Notes under the pieces: model-generated
The model's database searches: none
Told to the model about the DNA's origin: nothing
The model's input: the letters and a program-made list of their open reading frames with translations, nothing else
NCBI GenBank assembly: GCA_002633005.1
Contig: NMRA01000044.1
Coordinates: 273,469 to 337,468 of the forward strand
Reading direction: 5' to 3'
Length of the DNA stretch: 64,000 nt
From: Phoronis australis
Lineage: Eukaryota; Animalia; Phoronida
Part shown: one piece after another, positions 51,701 to 64,000 of the stretch
How the letters are laid out: the number at the start of each line of letters is the position of its first letter
Numbering within the stretch: the stretch's first letter is position 1
Translations under genes and position numbers: made by a program

Positions 51701-54700
51701 ACACTTGTATGAAACTTCATCCACCAATTTCACTGAGTCTGTAAAGTTTAGGCTCCAAGATTAATGAAATATGAAAACCCCCCACGGCACTTAGAGCTGT
51801 GATTATCATGCCTAAATTACTGGATAACCTTAACTTCTTCTTTTTTACCAATATCCCTCTATGGAGTCTCTGTATAATTTTGTGCATAGTCTGTACAGCC
51901 TTTCCTCATTATTCTTTGTATGTTTTATGTGCTATTAGTTTTTTAACATGTGAAAGCGCAAGACAAGAATGGCAAGCCAATCAGATCATTTAAGTGTTCT
52001 CTTATTACGTTTCCACTGCCTATTGAAATATATTTGATCTTCTTATACGCTGAGCGTGGTTCCTATGCACATTGAGAAACCTGGAGTGAAAAAGCTGTCT
52101 CCAGACTTGAAAGCTTACAGAAAATGAATAAGGGCTAACAAGTCGTGGAAAAGTCATGGAACATTCATGAGATAAATAAAATCCCTCATTTTACAAGTCA
52201 TATCACGGTCATGGTTTTGATAATGTTTGACAGTGGTCATTAACAAAAGTCTGTTGTTTTGAAAAAGTCATTGAAATGAATATTGTTTCATTGAAACTCA
52301 CGAGAAATGAAAACACTTGCCTTGCGTCATTACATCTTTTGAAACTATTGTATAATGCGGTTCTGCTTTTAGACCACCATGAAGGTGACAAAATAGTTGC
52401 AGAAGGCGTTATGAAATTTCTCGATGACCTTCACCTTGGCGCTGAAGACATCCTGGTACTCATCATCGCGTGGCGTTTTAAGGCCCAGGCACAGTGCGAG
52501 TTTACGAAGGAAGAGTTCGTCAACGGAATGGTCGATATGGGGTGAGTGTGAAATGTTTTTTACTATCCTCGTTTGAGTAAATGCCCACGTTTAGCTAAAC
52601 ACCCTCTTCAGAATTTTTTTTGACTTTTCATCTTAATTGTAGTTTGGTAACAGTCCTTCATTCAAATACTTAATATTGAAAATCTATCACAATGTATTTT
52701 GTAAAATCTTGAGATTGTTGTTCATTTTCATTATCACTTTAGTATTGTGCTTGACAATGAATGTAATGAACTCATGATAGTACACGTTATATTTTCAACG
52801 CTTTACATTTCACTTTTGAGCACCCATATTCTGTTGTATTCCGCTTAACGCCTACTCCTGACTTTTTTGTGTTTCTCAATGTAAGTGTGTTATCCTAAAT
52901 GAGCATGCTGCCATCTGTCTGTATGGCGAGACTTCGTTGAGAGGTATCCTCGCTGACTTCTGGCTAAAGCTGTTAAAAGAACATTGAACACTCTAGGGTC
53001 ACCTCGCAGATCTAATCGTTACTGCTGTCATTCTTGGAAGGGAAATAACACAAATGAGGTATAAAAAACTTAGGTTCTCTGCAGAAACGGAATCATTCAC
53101 TAACACGGAGTAAAGCAATAACAAAATTATTGACTCAGACCCTGATTAGCCTATTCTTTATGTCAATAAAATGTAATTTGATTTACACTTCTATTTTTTG
53201 TATATATGTATCACGCTGGTGTGGCTTTCCTGCGAACCGCTGATGTACATGATAAACAATACCTTTTCGGATTACAATGTTGAGATGTGGTTCACTCAAG
53301 TATTGAAATTAATTCAATGAACAAATATGGTGTAACCACTTTGAAAGATGCGTTCGAAAACCATGAAGATTTGTTTTCCTTGCAGATGCGATTCCTTAGA
53401 CAAGCTAAAGGCCAAATTACCTGCCTTGGAACAAGAGATACGAGAGCCTACAAAGTTTAAAGACTTGTATAACTTCACATTTACGTATGCCAAAAATCCA
53501 GGTCAAAAAGGTTTAGGTGAGCTGTTAGCATGCTTTATCAGATAAACTGTATTTTCATTTTGTCAGTTTTGTCACATTTGGTTTACTTTAAACAATGGTC
53601 GGTTTAAGATTTGCTATTGAGAAGTAGACTGATCCGATATCTATGGACATTTAATAGTCAAGAGTACCTGTTGATTTCATTATTTCTACTTGGTTTAAAC
53701 AAATCGAGTTTGTTTAATTTTTGCTTTGCAGCGTTGTGTTTCATCAATAATGTAACTTGATGTTAAAGTAATCTATTATGTAATTTGTTCATTGTACAGG
53801 ATCGACTCCAAATTTTTGTTGTTGCATTTCAGATTTAGATATGGCAGTAGCTTACTGGAATATAGTGTTAGCAGGAAGATTCAAATTTTTAGACCTTTGG
53901 TGCGAATTTTTAACGGTAAGAGAACAACAGTTTGCTTTGGCATTTATACATTTCACCGTGTCAGTGATACCTCATGAGCTCGAGAACTATAACATAGTTT
54001 ATTTCTGTATTTATGCACTTCAGCATATTACTGTAACATTACATACTTGAGAAGAATTTTAGTTTATTCCGTTATTTACATGTTTTGGAATGTCCTTAAC
54101 ATTGCTTGAATTTACAAAATTAGCCATTATTTGTGTTAGTTTCCATGTTTTTTCAAATAGCTTTCATTCACTGCGTTTCTTTTCTCACCCTGCTTTATGT
54201 ACTTTCAGGTACACCATAAAAGGTCAATACCGAAAGACACATGGAACCTGTTGCTAGATTTTAGTAATATGATAAATGAAGATATGAGTAATTACGACGA
54301 AGAAGGTATTTTATCAGTCGTATTTATTGCTTCTTTACTTCAGATGAAGTGACAGTAAAGCTCCTTCTGGTTACAACCCAACACGGCAGAAGAGTGAAAT
54401 TTTATTAAATTTGGCAATAAAAATAACGCAAAAGAAAACTTTACTGCTTAAACAGAACAATTTGAGTTGGTCAGTCATCACAGGGTGACGTTCAATCAAT
54501 TTTGGTAATGCAGTGAAAAAGTGACAATTTTGACACTCCTCTTTGTTCAAATTTGATTAGTTATACGCTTTTTTTATCCCGATCAAATAGTCTCGTACTG
54601 TCAGTGGTGTGTTAAAATCATCAAATATCTCAAGGTGCGGTGTTTTTAGTGTGAACCTGTGGTGTCAGAGTGGTACACTCTCGTCTTGGTCAAAAGTTTT

Positions 54701-54901
54701 TGCAAACACTTACATTAAAGTGACTAATAAGTACCATAAGAAATGATAAGATTCTCTCTGTGTTGGGCAGAATTTGAGAAAATGAGTCGTGATTTACAAT
54801 TTTAATCCCAATGTTGTTTGCTTTTAGGTGCCTGGCCGGTTTTAATAGACGAGTTCGTCGAATTTGCAAAACCCAGAGTTCAGCGGGGGACAATCGTATA
54901 G
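48727..54901 (+). CDS. DCUN1D1: DCN1-like protein (cullin neddylation co-E3), whole gene (7 coding exons, 777 nt, 258 aa)
   Basis: N-terminal UBA-like segment ([17 protein letters not shown]...[11 protein letters not shown]) and PONY domain ([44 protein letters not shown]). All junctions are GT-AG and in frame. Co-ortholog of vertebrate DCUN1D1/2. Confidence 0.96.
50986..51205 (+). CDS. DCUN1D1: DCN1 exon 2
   Basis: [16 protein letters not shown]...LFNRYR; 220 nt. Confidence 0.93.
52373..52541 (+). CDS. DCUN1D1: DCN1 exon 3
   Basis: [19 protein letters not shown]...[13 protein letters not shown]; 169 nt. Confidence 0.95.
53386..53516 (+). CDS. DCUN1D1: DCN1 exon 4
   Basis: [11 protein letters not shown]...KNPGQKGL; 131 nt. 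Confidence 0.96.
53833..53915 (+). CDS. DCUN1D1: DCN1 exon 5
   Basis: [27 protein letters not shown]; 83 nt. Confidence 0.96.
54209..54305 (+). CDS. DCUN1D1: DCN1 exon 6
   Basis: [32 protein letters not shown]; 97 nt. Confidence 0.96.
54828..54901 (+). CDS. DCUN1D1: DCN1 exon 7 (last coding exon)
   Basis: [24 protein letters not shown]; TAG at 54899-54901. Confidence 0.94.
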
Positions 54902-54994
54902 CATTTGTTCGAGCACAGGCACAGGGATCCTACATGTCTCTAAAACTTTTAGCTAGACTTTCTGCTACATCTATGCACACTCGCATAACAGGAT

Positions 54995-55540
54995 GGTGAT
55001 CTAAATCAGTCGATTGCTCAATGATACAGTTTGGGAGTACACGTCATGGTGTTATCCAGCAGCCGACTGCTTGGTGATAGTGTTTTTAGAATACCAACAT
55101 TATGTGGCAGTGTTGTCATTATACAGCTGCTCAACTGATACTGATTATAAATAGTGTGTTACCAAGAAGTTATCTACACAGTATCAATATACTACCTTCT
55201 CGTCAGCTTCGGTAATACTGTTATCATTTCATAGTGTTATCAAACAGTCGACTGCTCAGTGATACCATTTAGGAACACTGATGTGGGACAGTGTCAACAA
55301 AGTGGTCGACTGCTCAGTGGTACTGTTAATGAATAGTAGCTGACTGCATGGTGACATTATTTAGAAATTCTGATGTTACGAAGCTGTCGACTGTTCAGTG
55401 ATACCATAAAGGAATATCATCATGTTGCAGTGTTATCTAAGCAGTAGGCTGCGTGATGAAAAAGTGTTATCAAATCAGACGACTGTTCAGTGATACTGTG
55501 CAACAATACTCTTATGTCACTGGGTGGTGTTATCAAAGTC
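54995..55540 (+). repeat. Degenerate ~55-60-bp repeat array in the DCN1 proximal 3' UTR
   Basis: Recurrent GTGTTATC-N3-5-CAGTCGACTGCTCAGTGATAC-like core, about 9-10 copies. Confidence 0.8.
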
Positions 55541-56815
55541 TCTAAATGCTTAAATCTTGATTGGAGACTTGCAAGCATTTACAGTTTCCAGGTTTCTGAC
55601 TTCAAACTGAGGCAGTGTCTCTTGTGCAAAAGTAGGCAAGCCACAGAACGAGATATCAAAATTTTGTTACAAAAGAAGAAAGGTCAAGTTCAAATTGACA
55701 AGGTAAAATCTCACAGGTTTAGGAGACAGTTGAATAAGGACAAGAGAAATTTTATAATCCCATGTTGTCTAAAAATATATCTTGCACTTGGCTATCGTCA
55801 TACAATGTAAAAAGTTGTGAGCATTTCTGACAGCCTTAGAATCCCGTGATTGATTTTTAAACATAACTTTTCACAAATTTGGTAAGATTTTGCCTCACTT
55901 AAACCACAGTGAATGAGTTGGATAAGGATCTATTTTAGAAGGTAGAGGTGTGTCAAAAGTTCTAACTCATGGTCACAGTAGAAGTAGACCGAAGACTTCC
56001 AATTATTGAAAGTGAGGAACTGGTTCACTTTTGCACAAAATGTGAAAAATATTACCTTTCACTCCACAAATGTGACCCTCTGTTACTAAGTCTTCTTCAA
56101 GGCAAGTTGTGCTCAAACCATAATGTCAAAAATTAAATTTTTAGAAAATCGAAACTTAGGTAATGAGGGTCCGAAACTAATGACCAGTTTTGCAAACAAC
56201 CAATTGTTTCAACACGGTGAGAGTGGGTTCCTATTTTACATTATGCTATGAACTCTGAAAATAACCGATTGCCTCTGTGCGTGATATCTTCACTCATTTA
56301 ATCTAGATTGAAGTTGGATATCTTTTAAGGAAGCAAGTGTGTGCACTTACTTTTTGGGGCTGTTGTAGTTGAATGGAATGTTTGACGTGTAGTTGGTAGG
56401 ACTGCATTGATTTTCATCAGTATTATTACTTCAACACCCTACGCATTTTTAAAAATATTTCTAAACATGCTTTCCTTGAAGGTAAACCCTGAAAGGAAAC
56501 GCTTTTGGTTTTCGGTTAGTAAGTTGTTGTCCAGTTTAGTCAGTTTAATGCAGACTTGTCACCAACTTTTTTAAAGGGAATCCGTTTATGGTGTTATCTT
56601 CATTGTTTGTTTCTGTTCGTCTTGCTCTTATTAAAGGGATGCAATGTGCTTTAGGGCTAAAATGCATATTTGGTGGGTAGGATGGACTTATCAGCTTCGA
56701 CCAGAACTGTGAAACCGTAAAATCTGTTGTTTTTTGATGTTATTATTGATCGTAAATTCCAGACATTGGCTTCCAGTAATCAGTAGAATTAACAGAAATG
56801 GATGCTGATGACCTT

Positions 56816-57065
56816 GGGCCTGTTCCAAGAAACTTACTTAAGTTCATTTTTTTGACTTAAGTCTAAGATTTGTCTTAACTTCCATACTTTGAAACTTCCA
56901 CATCCGGTAAGATAGTTAAAATTAAGACAAAGCTTTTATCAAAAACTAGATTCCAACTTAAGATCTCTTTCTTGAAACGGTCTTGAGACAAATTTAAGTT
57001 TAATCTTAAAATTTACTAAAATTTAATATTTGTCTTAGCTAAGTCACTTTTGTTGGAACGGGCCC
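56816..57065. mobile_element. PIF/Harbinger-like MITE, 250 bp, in the putative DCN1 3' UTR
   Basis: TIRs GGGCCTGTTCCAAGAAA / TTTGTTGGAACGGGCCC, 3-bp direct repeat CTT, internal CTTAAG repeats. Confidence 0.8.
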
Positions 57066-57858
57066 CTTGTCAGCTAAAAACACTTAAAATACTTGAGCTG
57101 CTTGCTGCATGGACTTTTTAACTCTGCTAGCAAAGCGACTGCAACTTTTGAGATCACGGGTTCAAATTAGTTTCGGTTCTGTTCTCAAATGTACAATGTT
57201 GTAGCTGATGTCACAATACATGAAATAATAATCGTGACCTAGATGACTCCGCAATAGGACATCATCTGGTTTCTACATTCACTTCCATTAAGCAAACATT
57301 GATCAACTTGCTATTGAGCATGTGGGTAGTCTGTGTTGATCATTGTTTGCTCAGCAGAAGTGAATGCCGAAAAAATATGTAGGCCATTTGTGTTGCTTTA
57401 ATGTTGCATTTGTAGTTAATAAGGACCAGGGGAACAGACACTGAAGAAATGAAGGTAATAGTCCCTAATATTGAGAACCATTTTTCTTCGTTGAATAAGC
57501 GACCTCAATCTGGTTCTCGAAATCTAAGACCCCTGTGACTATTGTTGAACTAAGAGATGTGTCTGAATAAGGTAACATCAAAAGCTTTAATTACCTTTTA
57601 TTAGCTTCAGTGAAGTGATGTTTATTTAGGAATGGCAACTTGAAGCTTGGTTTTTAAGTGGATTAGTTTTTGGATTTAATGCAGCGCGTTGACCTTCGAG
57701 AGCTTTGCTTGTCTTAATCACCTGTGACAATTGTCTCATAATATAAGGTTTTGTTTTAGTGTGCAACTGACGTCGCAGTGGGTGTTCATCAGCTTCGTTT
57801 CTCTCATCGCAATATTACCACACTCAGAATGGCTTAAGTTGTAAAAATGGTGATTACT

Positions 57859-57864
57859 AATAAA
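57859..57864 (+). terminator. Candidate polyadenylation signal of DCN1
   Basis: AATAAA at the end of a T-rich plus-strand tract, followed by a T/GT-rich stretch. Confidence 0.45.
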
Positions 57865-57939
57865 ACATTTATAAAAAGCTTTTGTATTATTGACGCGTTA
57901 CATTTTCAGCCACGAGTTGGCAATTTGACACAATAGGGC

Positions 57940-57945
57940 TTTATT
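57940..57945 (-). terminator. Candidate polyadenylation signal of TXNDC9
   Basis: TTTATT on plus (AATAAA on minus) where the base skew appears to flip. Confidence 0.4.
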
Positions 57946-58745
57946 TGGTAACTCACAGGTCGCCACAAACACATCCGAGCATGCACTCAAAATACTACAA
58001 CCAGTAAACAGACGTCAAAATCATTCAACAAAATGAGAAAGGCATGTTTACATATTGTGCACAGCCAACGTGTGCCGATCACCTGCTTATGTCTTGGGTG
58101 AGCTCTGGGCAATCATGACAAACATTTATCGAGTTAGCTGTTTCGTGTGTTTTTCACTTATGGTAACTCCTTTATTTAAGTTTAGGTCCTGCCAACTACG
58201 TGTCGTTTGTAGGGACCAGGAGTCGGGACTTAGCTCGTTTTGGTGACCTCTGTTACCGTTTGGCAACCTGGGAATTTTTGCATGATCACATTTGATGAGC
58301 CGATGTTATGCTAAGTGTTGAGCCGTGCACTAGTTTAAGTTTTGCAAAAAAAGTTGACAGGTTAGACTATGATGAATGCAACGTTTGGTTTTTAATTTTA
58401 CCATGAGCGTCAATAACATTCATTAGACAAGCAAAATTAGATAAAAACTTTGCAAATGAAAAACAAACCAAGACAAAATGTTGAAGTACCACACACTGAC
58501 ATAAATATCCAGCACACTACTCTTGAATGAATCATAAATTAACATTAAATTACAAATATAGTTACTCTTAGTGAATTGTTTCTATGAGATTCTTCAATAT
58601 TTCACTGTAAAGGTCACGAAAACGACTACAATTCATCGGTACTTAATTTCACGGAGTCTAGATGAAAAGACCCTAAACACGCCACCCATCTGAGCAAAAG
58701 CGTCATCAAAAGTGCCGTAAGAGAATCATTAACAACAACTATTAT

Positions 58746-59752
58746 AACAAGAGCAATGCAGAGCGTTGAAATGCGCCCATGAATGCATCGCAAATGATGC
58801 GCTTTTAGGATTATTTCTTCGTATCATAAAAATGGCAATTGATAGCGCAAAAACGTACAATCCATCCAAAAAATGGGAACCTGTCATATTTAATAAAAAT
58901 CTGTCAAGGAACTTTAGAGAAACAAAGGAAAACAGAATAAAATGAAAGTGCCACTTGTGGGCTCAGCATCCGTTGGATCCGCCTGAAAGTCGTCGTCTGT
59001 TGTTATCTTCATATACCGTGTACACTTACTAAATTTAATAAAGATCCTGCAGTGGGTTTAGGAGATACAGCCAGGGGTGCAAAACAAAACTACCACAAGG
59101 AGGCGCCACAGTAGTCAGTCGCCATCATTAAATGTCATCTTCACACTAAAAACATATACGCCAATTTTCAAAACCATCTCTAGAATGATTTGGTTGATAG
59201 AGGGAGGACGCAAAAAACAGACTAGAAATCAGTAAAAATGGCCCCTAGCTGGCGCAAAGAAGGGTGAATCCATCTAAAAATGGACAGATAGCGTCATTTC
59301 ATTAACAGATGCCTGTATGCCGAATTTTATGAAAATACGTTGAGGACCTTTGAACATACAGAGGTAAACGTAAAAAAAAAAATTGCCACTGACTCGAAAA
59401 CGGAAAAAAAGGCCACTAGGTGGCGCAAACTACCTCAAATCCATCCGAAAACCGGAGGATGGCGTCACGTCACTAATAGGTGCCTATATACCAAATTTTA
59501 TGAAAATCTGTTCAGGACTTTTGAAGATACAGAGGTGAACATAAAAAATTAAATTGCCACTAGAGGGCACACCGGTATTTGAATCCGTCTGAAAGTTGGC
59601 TCATGCCGTCCCATCCACGGAAGGAACACATGTGCAAAATTTCATGAACATACGTCAAGGCATTTTGGAGATAGAGCAGCGGACGCTGGACGGTCGGATG
59701 GAGATGACGGCATAATGCGTCCACAACATAGAAATATGTGGGCGCATAAAAA
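58746..59752 (-). mobile_element. Helentron-associated (HINE/DINE-1-like) element with internal tandem repeats, in the putative TXNDC9 3' UTR
   Basis: Sub-TIRs ATGCGCCCA (58771-58779) and TGGGCGCAT (59739-59747), partner IR ATGCGTCCACA at 59715, decayed GGAC microsatellite near 59680-59710, terminal hairpin CAATGC-AGA-GCGTTG, AACAAGAG end, about 6 internal 140-170-bp units. Confidence 0.78.
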
Positions 59753-60043
59753 GTTCTATCAATACTATTACTAATACATCTTATTCAGCCATGAGCAATA
59801 TTTTCACACAACATGTTTGCTGGTATGACAGAAAATAACCTGGTTTCACATTTCAATGCATGAAACCTGAAGATATCCACCTTCAAAACATGAAGAGCTC
59901 TCCAGATTACTCATATCACATGACCACATTTCCAAATTATGAGCATTTTACTAGTATATTAAAAAGCCTGTCCATAATCAGGCAGTCTGGTAGTATCCAA
60001 ATTCCGAGAATTAAAGCCACAGATGCATAAGACTTCACACAAA

Positions 60044-60437
60044 CTACCAGTCATTGTCGTCACTACTATCATCCCCACCGCCACCGCGGATTGTTTTTTT
60101 ATGTCCGCCCAGAATCTGTTGCTTTTTCATTTTGCTGTTACTCGCTGCCGCGTCACCACCGGGTGGCGTTGTCAGGTCACCGCTGTAGTTAATAACGCCC
60201 TGGCGGGCTATTCTCCACTCGAGCAAATCTGTGGGAAAATCATCTTTACCTCCTAAGTCATCAAAACCAACAACGTAATCAACAGTTTTGCCGTCCTTAG
60301 CCAAACAAATAGTGGGCAAGACAACAATGTTTAGCCTTTGTACCAAAAACGGTGACTTTTCCGCATTGATCTTGATGAAGCGCGTTTCCACGTGACTCTT
60401 GCAGAGCTCCGATAGATGCTTGTCCACGATCTTGCAT
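60044..60437 (-). CDS. TXNDC9: TXNDC9 last coding exon
   Basis: CKIVDKHLSELCKSHVETRF...DSSDDNDW*; acceptor TTTAG|A. Confidence 0.95.
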
Positions 60438-62485
60438 CTAAATTAATAATTAAAATAACTATGTTAATAACAGACAGCTGCTTGCCCCCAATCTTGCACA
60501 TAAACAAACAACAACAGTTATGAACAGCATTTAATGTTCGCAATTCAATTGGATGTTATCAATTTCCTGTTTCTCAAGGAGGACTACTTTGCTACAAATA
60601 ATTGAAAATTAAATGTTGTTATGCGACACTTATATCAGAGCTATTCCAGCAAAATCTGCATATGTTTTTCACCCTTATTTTCGTTGTCAGTTTCCTCACC
60701 CACCACCCATTATTTTCAATTACTTTTCAATGAAACCACCCTCAATGACTAGCTAGGTTGCAGTGCCCAGTAATCACCTGCAGAACAGCAAGCCTATTGA
60801 ACCAGAAGAGCTTATTAGAACTCTGCTTCAATAGGGCTTGGAAACTACAGATGGTTTGAGCACTGTGCATTTCAACTTTCCTTATGCACCCATGCTATGG
60901 GATGAGTATCCCGATTTCACTGATTGGGTAGACTGGATACAACCGTGTTGTTACCAGTTTGACAGCAATAGCAAGGAGAGAAAGTTGGCAAACACCTCTC
61001 TCATTGACTGTGTTCATGTGACAAGTTCACACAATCCAGCAATTGTTATAAACAGCGCCCACTATTTCCAAACGGCGTTCAACAAATGCTGTGAAATATA
61101 TGTGTTTTGTATGAAATACCATCAACAAAAAACGGAGAAAACAGTTGACTTTCAGAGAAATTAGACTTAACTTTCACCTGCTGATTCCTTTGTATGACAG
61201 TAAGCTCTGACCCCCTCTTTCTACCACACCATTGTGTTCCAACACGATAGGCTGCTTTGTCAAGTTTAATCAAATGTGATACTAGATCAGATCGTGATGT
61301 TGGAAATTTCTTGGTTTTAACAGTCCAGGGGAAAGGTACGTAACGAGTTTGCCAGTAGGAGACTAGAATACAGGGCTCTGGTACAAGATACATGGGTGCT
61401 GCCCACTTATTTCAGTGCAGCACTGCCCATGAAACAGGATGCGCTTGCTCATTAACCTGCGCGGTAGTCATCAGCTTCACTGCCATCACTGTCAACATGT
61501 GCTTTGAACCAGTTGACATGGATAGTTCCTTCAGCTGTCAAGTGATTAAGCTCAACCACACAGGACCAGATACAACCTATTAGATGATTTTGGGGTTTTC
61601 AGAGCATTAGTGACCACTCAACTGACTGACAATAAAAATTGCCTTCCCCCACTTATACTAATTCTAATGGAACAGAACGATGAGAGTATAAGAGCAAAAT
61701 TATAAAATTTCTATTTTTATCTAGAAATTTGAGAGAATAAAATTCTGCTGAATTGCGATATTGCCTTAATAAAATAGATGAAGAACTACGACAAGACCTG
61801 CGTTCTCAAGTAGTTTCACACTGTTCCCACTCTTATCGAGTTTTCAGGGTGATATTTTCAGTTTCCATATGTTACTTTTCACAAAAAAGCAGACATTAAG
61901 TAATTTTGCCAAAGGTTGCTGCCAAGAATCAAAATCATAATATAACTAGTAAAATACGGTTCATATTTATCTTATAAAATTTTCCATAATTCTTTCATCA
62001 GGGATTACACACATTCACTTTTATTCATTTTTTGTGTATGGAAACTATTTTTTTTATTTTCCAGGATTTCCTGGGTAGGAACTATGTGTAAACAATCACA
62101 TACCCATCGGAACTATGTGTAAACAATCATATGCCTATGGGAAATATGTGTATTCCCATCAAAAAGTTTCTATCTCAGGTACACTTAGGACATACCTTTC
62201 CGTCGAGTCCCTGTAAAAGTGGCAGACCACTCTCTTGCTTTTCTTGCAGGCATTGAAGAATTCTTTTTCATCAGGGACCTCCTCATACTGCCCGTGGCCC
62301 AGGGCTAGCCACTCTTTCTTCTGTTCCTGTGCCTTCTTCATTGCCTCCATGCGCCTCTCTCGGAGTATATCCAACTCGTCGCGATCCATGTTTTCCAGCC
62401 GCTCTATCTCCGCATCCACCTGCTGCTCCATGATGGCCGTTGCCTGTAGCAACTGTTGCTCCATGACGTTCTCTAGACCGGCCAT
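60044..62485 (-). CDS. TXNDC9: Thioredoxin domain-containing protein 9 (phosducin-like protein 3), whole CDS (2 coding exons, 227 aa)
   Basis: Motifs LGHGQYEEV, VVCHFYRDSTERCKIVDKHL, ETRFIKINAEKSPFL, VVGFDDLGG and an acidic tail. An acceptor near 62500 upstream of the ATG implies a non-coding first exon further right. Confidence 0.96.
62078..62152. repeat. 31-bp tandem repeat, ~2.4 copies
   Basis: GGAACTATGTGTAAACAATCA.AT.CC.AT. repeated in the TXNDC9 intron. Confidence 0.8.
62196..62485 (-). CDS. TXNDC9: TXNDC9 first coding exon
   Basis: MAGLENVMEQQLL...FYRDSTE; donor AG|GTATGT; 290 nt. Confidence 0.94.
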
Positions 62486-63930
62486 TATTCAAGGGTGTTC
62501 TGAAATGAAACAACTGTGTTGTTAGTGTTTTCTTATTGTTACAACATTCAGGAGGCCATGTGGCAGAGTTGAAACTTTTTAATCAGTGTATAATTAAGAC
62601 ATAGACACTGAAATATTACGGAGACAGAAAATTCAAATTCGTTCATCAACAAAATTGTGAAACACCCATTTTGCCACCCAGGTGACGCTGAGTACGTGAG
62701 CAGTGATCGTGGTGACCAAGTTTCGAGCACTAGCGATGATGGTGGCGAAATATTTTAACCGCCAGTGTCGAGCGTTACCAATCTAGGGGTCAAGGCATGC
62801 AACTTTGATGTTCTTTAAATCTTTACATGAGATACACGCGTAAACAATGGCCAGGTCACGATTTCCTTGACAAGTGAAGTAGCCAACTAAAAAAAGAAAT
62901 CTCAATTACTGGAATAATTGCTCCAGTGGGGAGAATTTAAAGACTATGATGGTCTCCAGAAGTGAGCCCTTGATAGTTTAGCTGTGGTGAAGCCTAACAT
63001 GGTCTGGCACACGTAGTATTGGTAATACCGGGATGTGTGACCGTCTAGGTTAGCACTGAATCCATACACTAATTCACAAGCAATCACCATCATGAATGTT
63101 GTGATCAGTGAAATCTAAACACAGCTGCAAAAACAAAGAAAGATGAATGTATTGTAGCATTTGCCCAGTCAATGAAACCAATTTCCCATGTGGAATATAA
63201 TCATAGACAGTGACAACCGTCTTTAGCTGGCCCAAGTAGAAGCGGTGAAGTCCTATAAGAACTTTATACACTGGAAGCTTTTTGGTAAATTATGCCTCAC
63301 ACTGATTAAAACATCAAAGTCATGTTGTTATAAGTTTTGCCCATATAGGAACACCTTAGGAGGCCAGTTGCCGATTGGCCGCCTGGCAGGCGCAGTAAAA
63401 ATAGGAGGCGCACGCAGTGTAAAAATGGTCAACAAGAGACCCAAGAATTAGGTGGCTTCAGTTCAGACTCTTGACGAGAATTTTGACCACTAACACTTTT
63501 TTAAAAATAATTCAAGTTACGGGTGACGACCCTTGTTCCTTTTGTGGACAATCGAAAGAGGCTTAGAAACACTTATTTTGGGAATGTGAAACAGTAAACT
63601 CATTTTGGACAAGAGTTAATAATGAAATTCTAAACAAAGCAAATCCCCAGTGTGTCGGCACTCTTTCCTGCAACAATGTTCTTTTTGGGTTTTTTGATAA
63701 AAAAGAAAATTTTAAAAACATTGTTTTATTAGAGGGTAAACAGTTTATTTATACCCAAAAGTTTGGATCAAAAAGATTACGTCTAAGTAGATTTTTTAAC
63801 TTCATCAAAGAATATTATATGAGTGAAAAGTATAATGCTCGTAAGGATTTGAATTTAGAATTTACACAAAAAAGATGGTGTAACTTTGAAACGGCTTTTC
63901 TTAGCAGTCAAGAGGATTAGTTTTGGGGTA

Positions 63931-63941
63931 TGTGTGTGTGT

Positions 63942-63992
<51 letters not shown>
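63931..63992. repeat. (TG)n microsatellite
   Basis: Direct reading; one AG interruption. Confidence 0.98.
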
Positions 63993-63995
<3 letters not shown>

Positions 63996-64000
63996 CTGTG

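Noticed and set aside
56800-56850. Hammerhead-like fold GGAUG CUGAUGA CC UUGG..CCAA GAAA CUU..AAG UU CAUUU
   Set aside because: It straddles the left boundary of the 56816-57065 MITE, needs a 2-nt bulge before stem II and has a poor GUU triplet; most likely chance.
57240-57270. SECIS-like ATGA...AA hairpin
   Set aside because: Helix too short, no 3' GA quartet partner, and DCN1 has no in-frame TGA.

Overview
Eukaryotic (animal, probably marine invertebrate) genomic DNA, AT-rich, with one assembly gap (47078-47572). The right half carries three spliced housekeeping genes that I reconstructed exon by exon with GT-AG boundaries and continuous frame: MCM7 (minus, 15 coding exons, 724 aa), DCUN1D1/2-like DCN1 (plus, 7 coding exons, 258 aa) and TXNDC9/PhLP3 (minus, 2 coding exons, 227 aa). 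MCM7 and DCN1 are head-to-head across a 354-bp promoter with E2F, E-box and NRF1 motifs. DCN1 and TXNDC9 are tail-to-tail. The left ~35 kb has no convincing coding exon and may be largely a big intron of a minus-strand gene starting near 29.9 kb (inference). The window is rich in non-autonomous transposons: a Tc1/mariner-type family including a 103-bp mini-copy, hAT-like elements with 6-bp TSDs, Kolobok-like TTAA elements (one with a THAP start), PIF/Harbinger-like MITEs, a Helentron-type HINE, and Penelope GIY-YIG remnants with minimal hammerhead motifs. Several minisatellites are also present. I found no CRISPR, tRNA, rRNA or recognisable miRNA, and no clear novel multi-gene system; the findings are local structural oddities.
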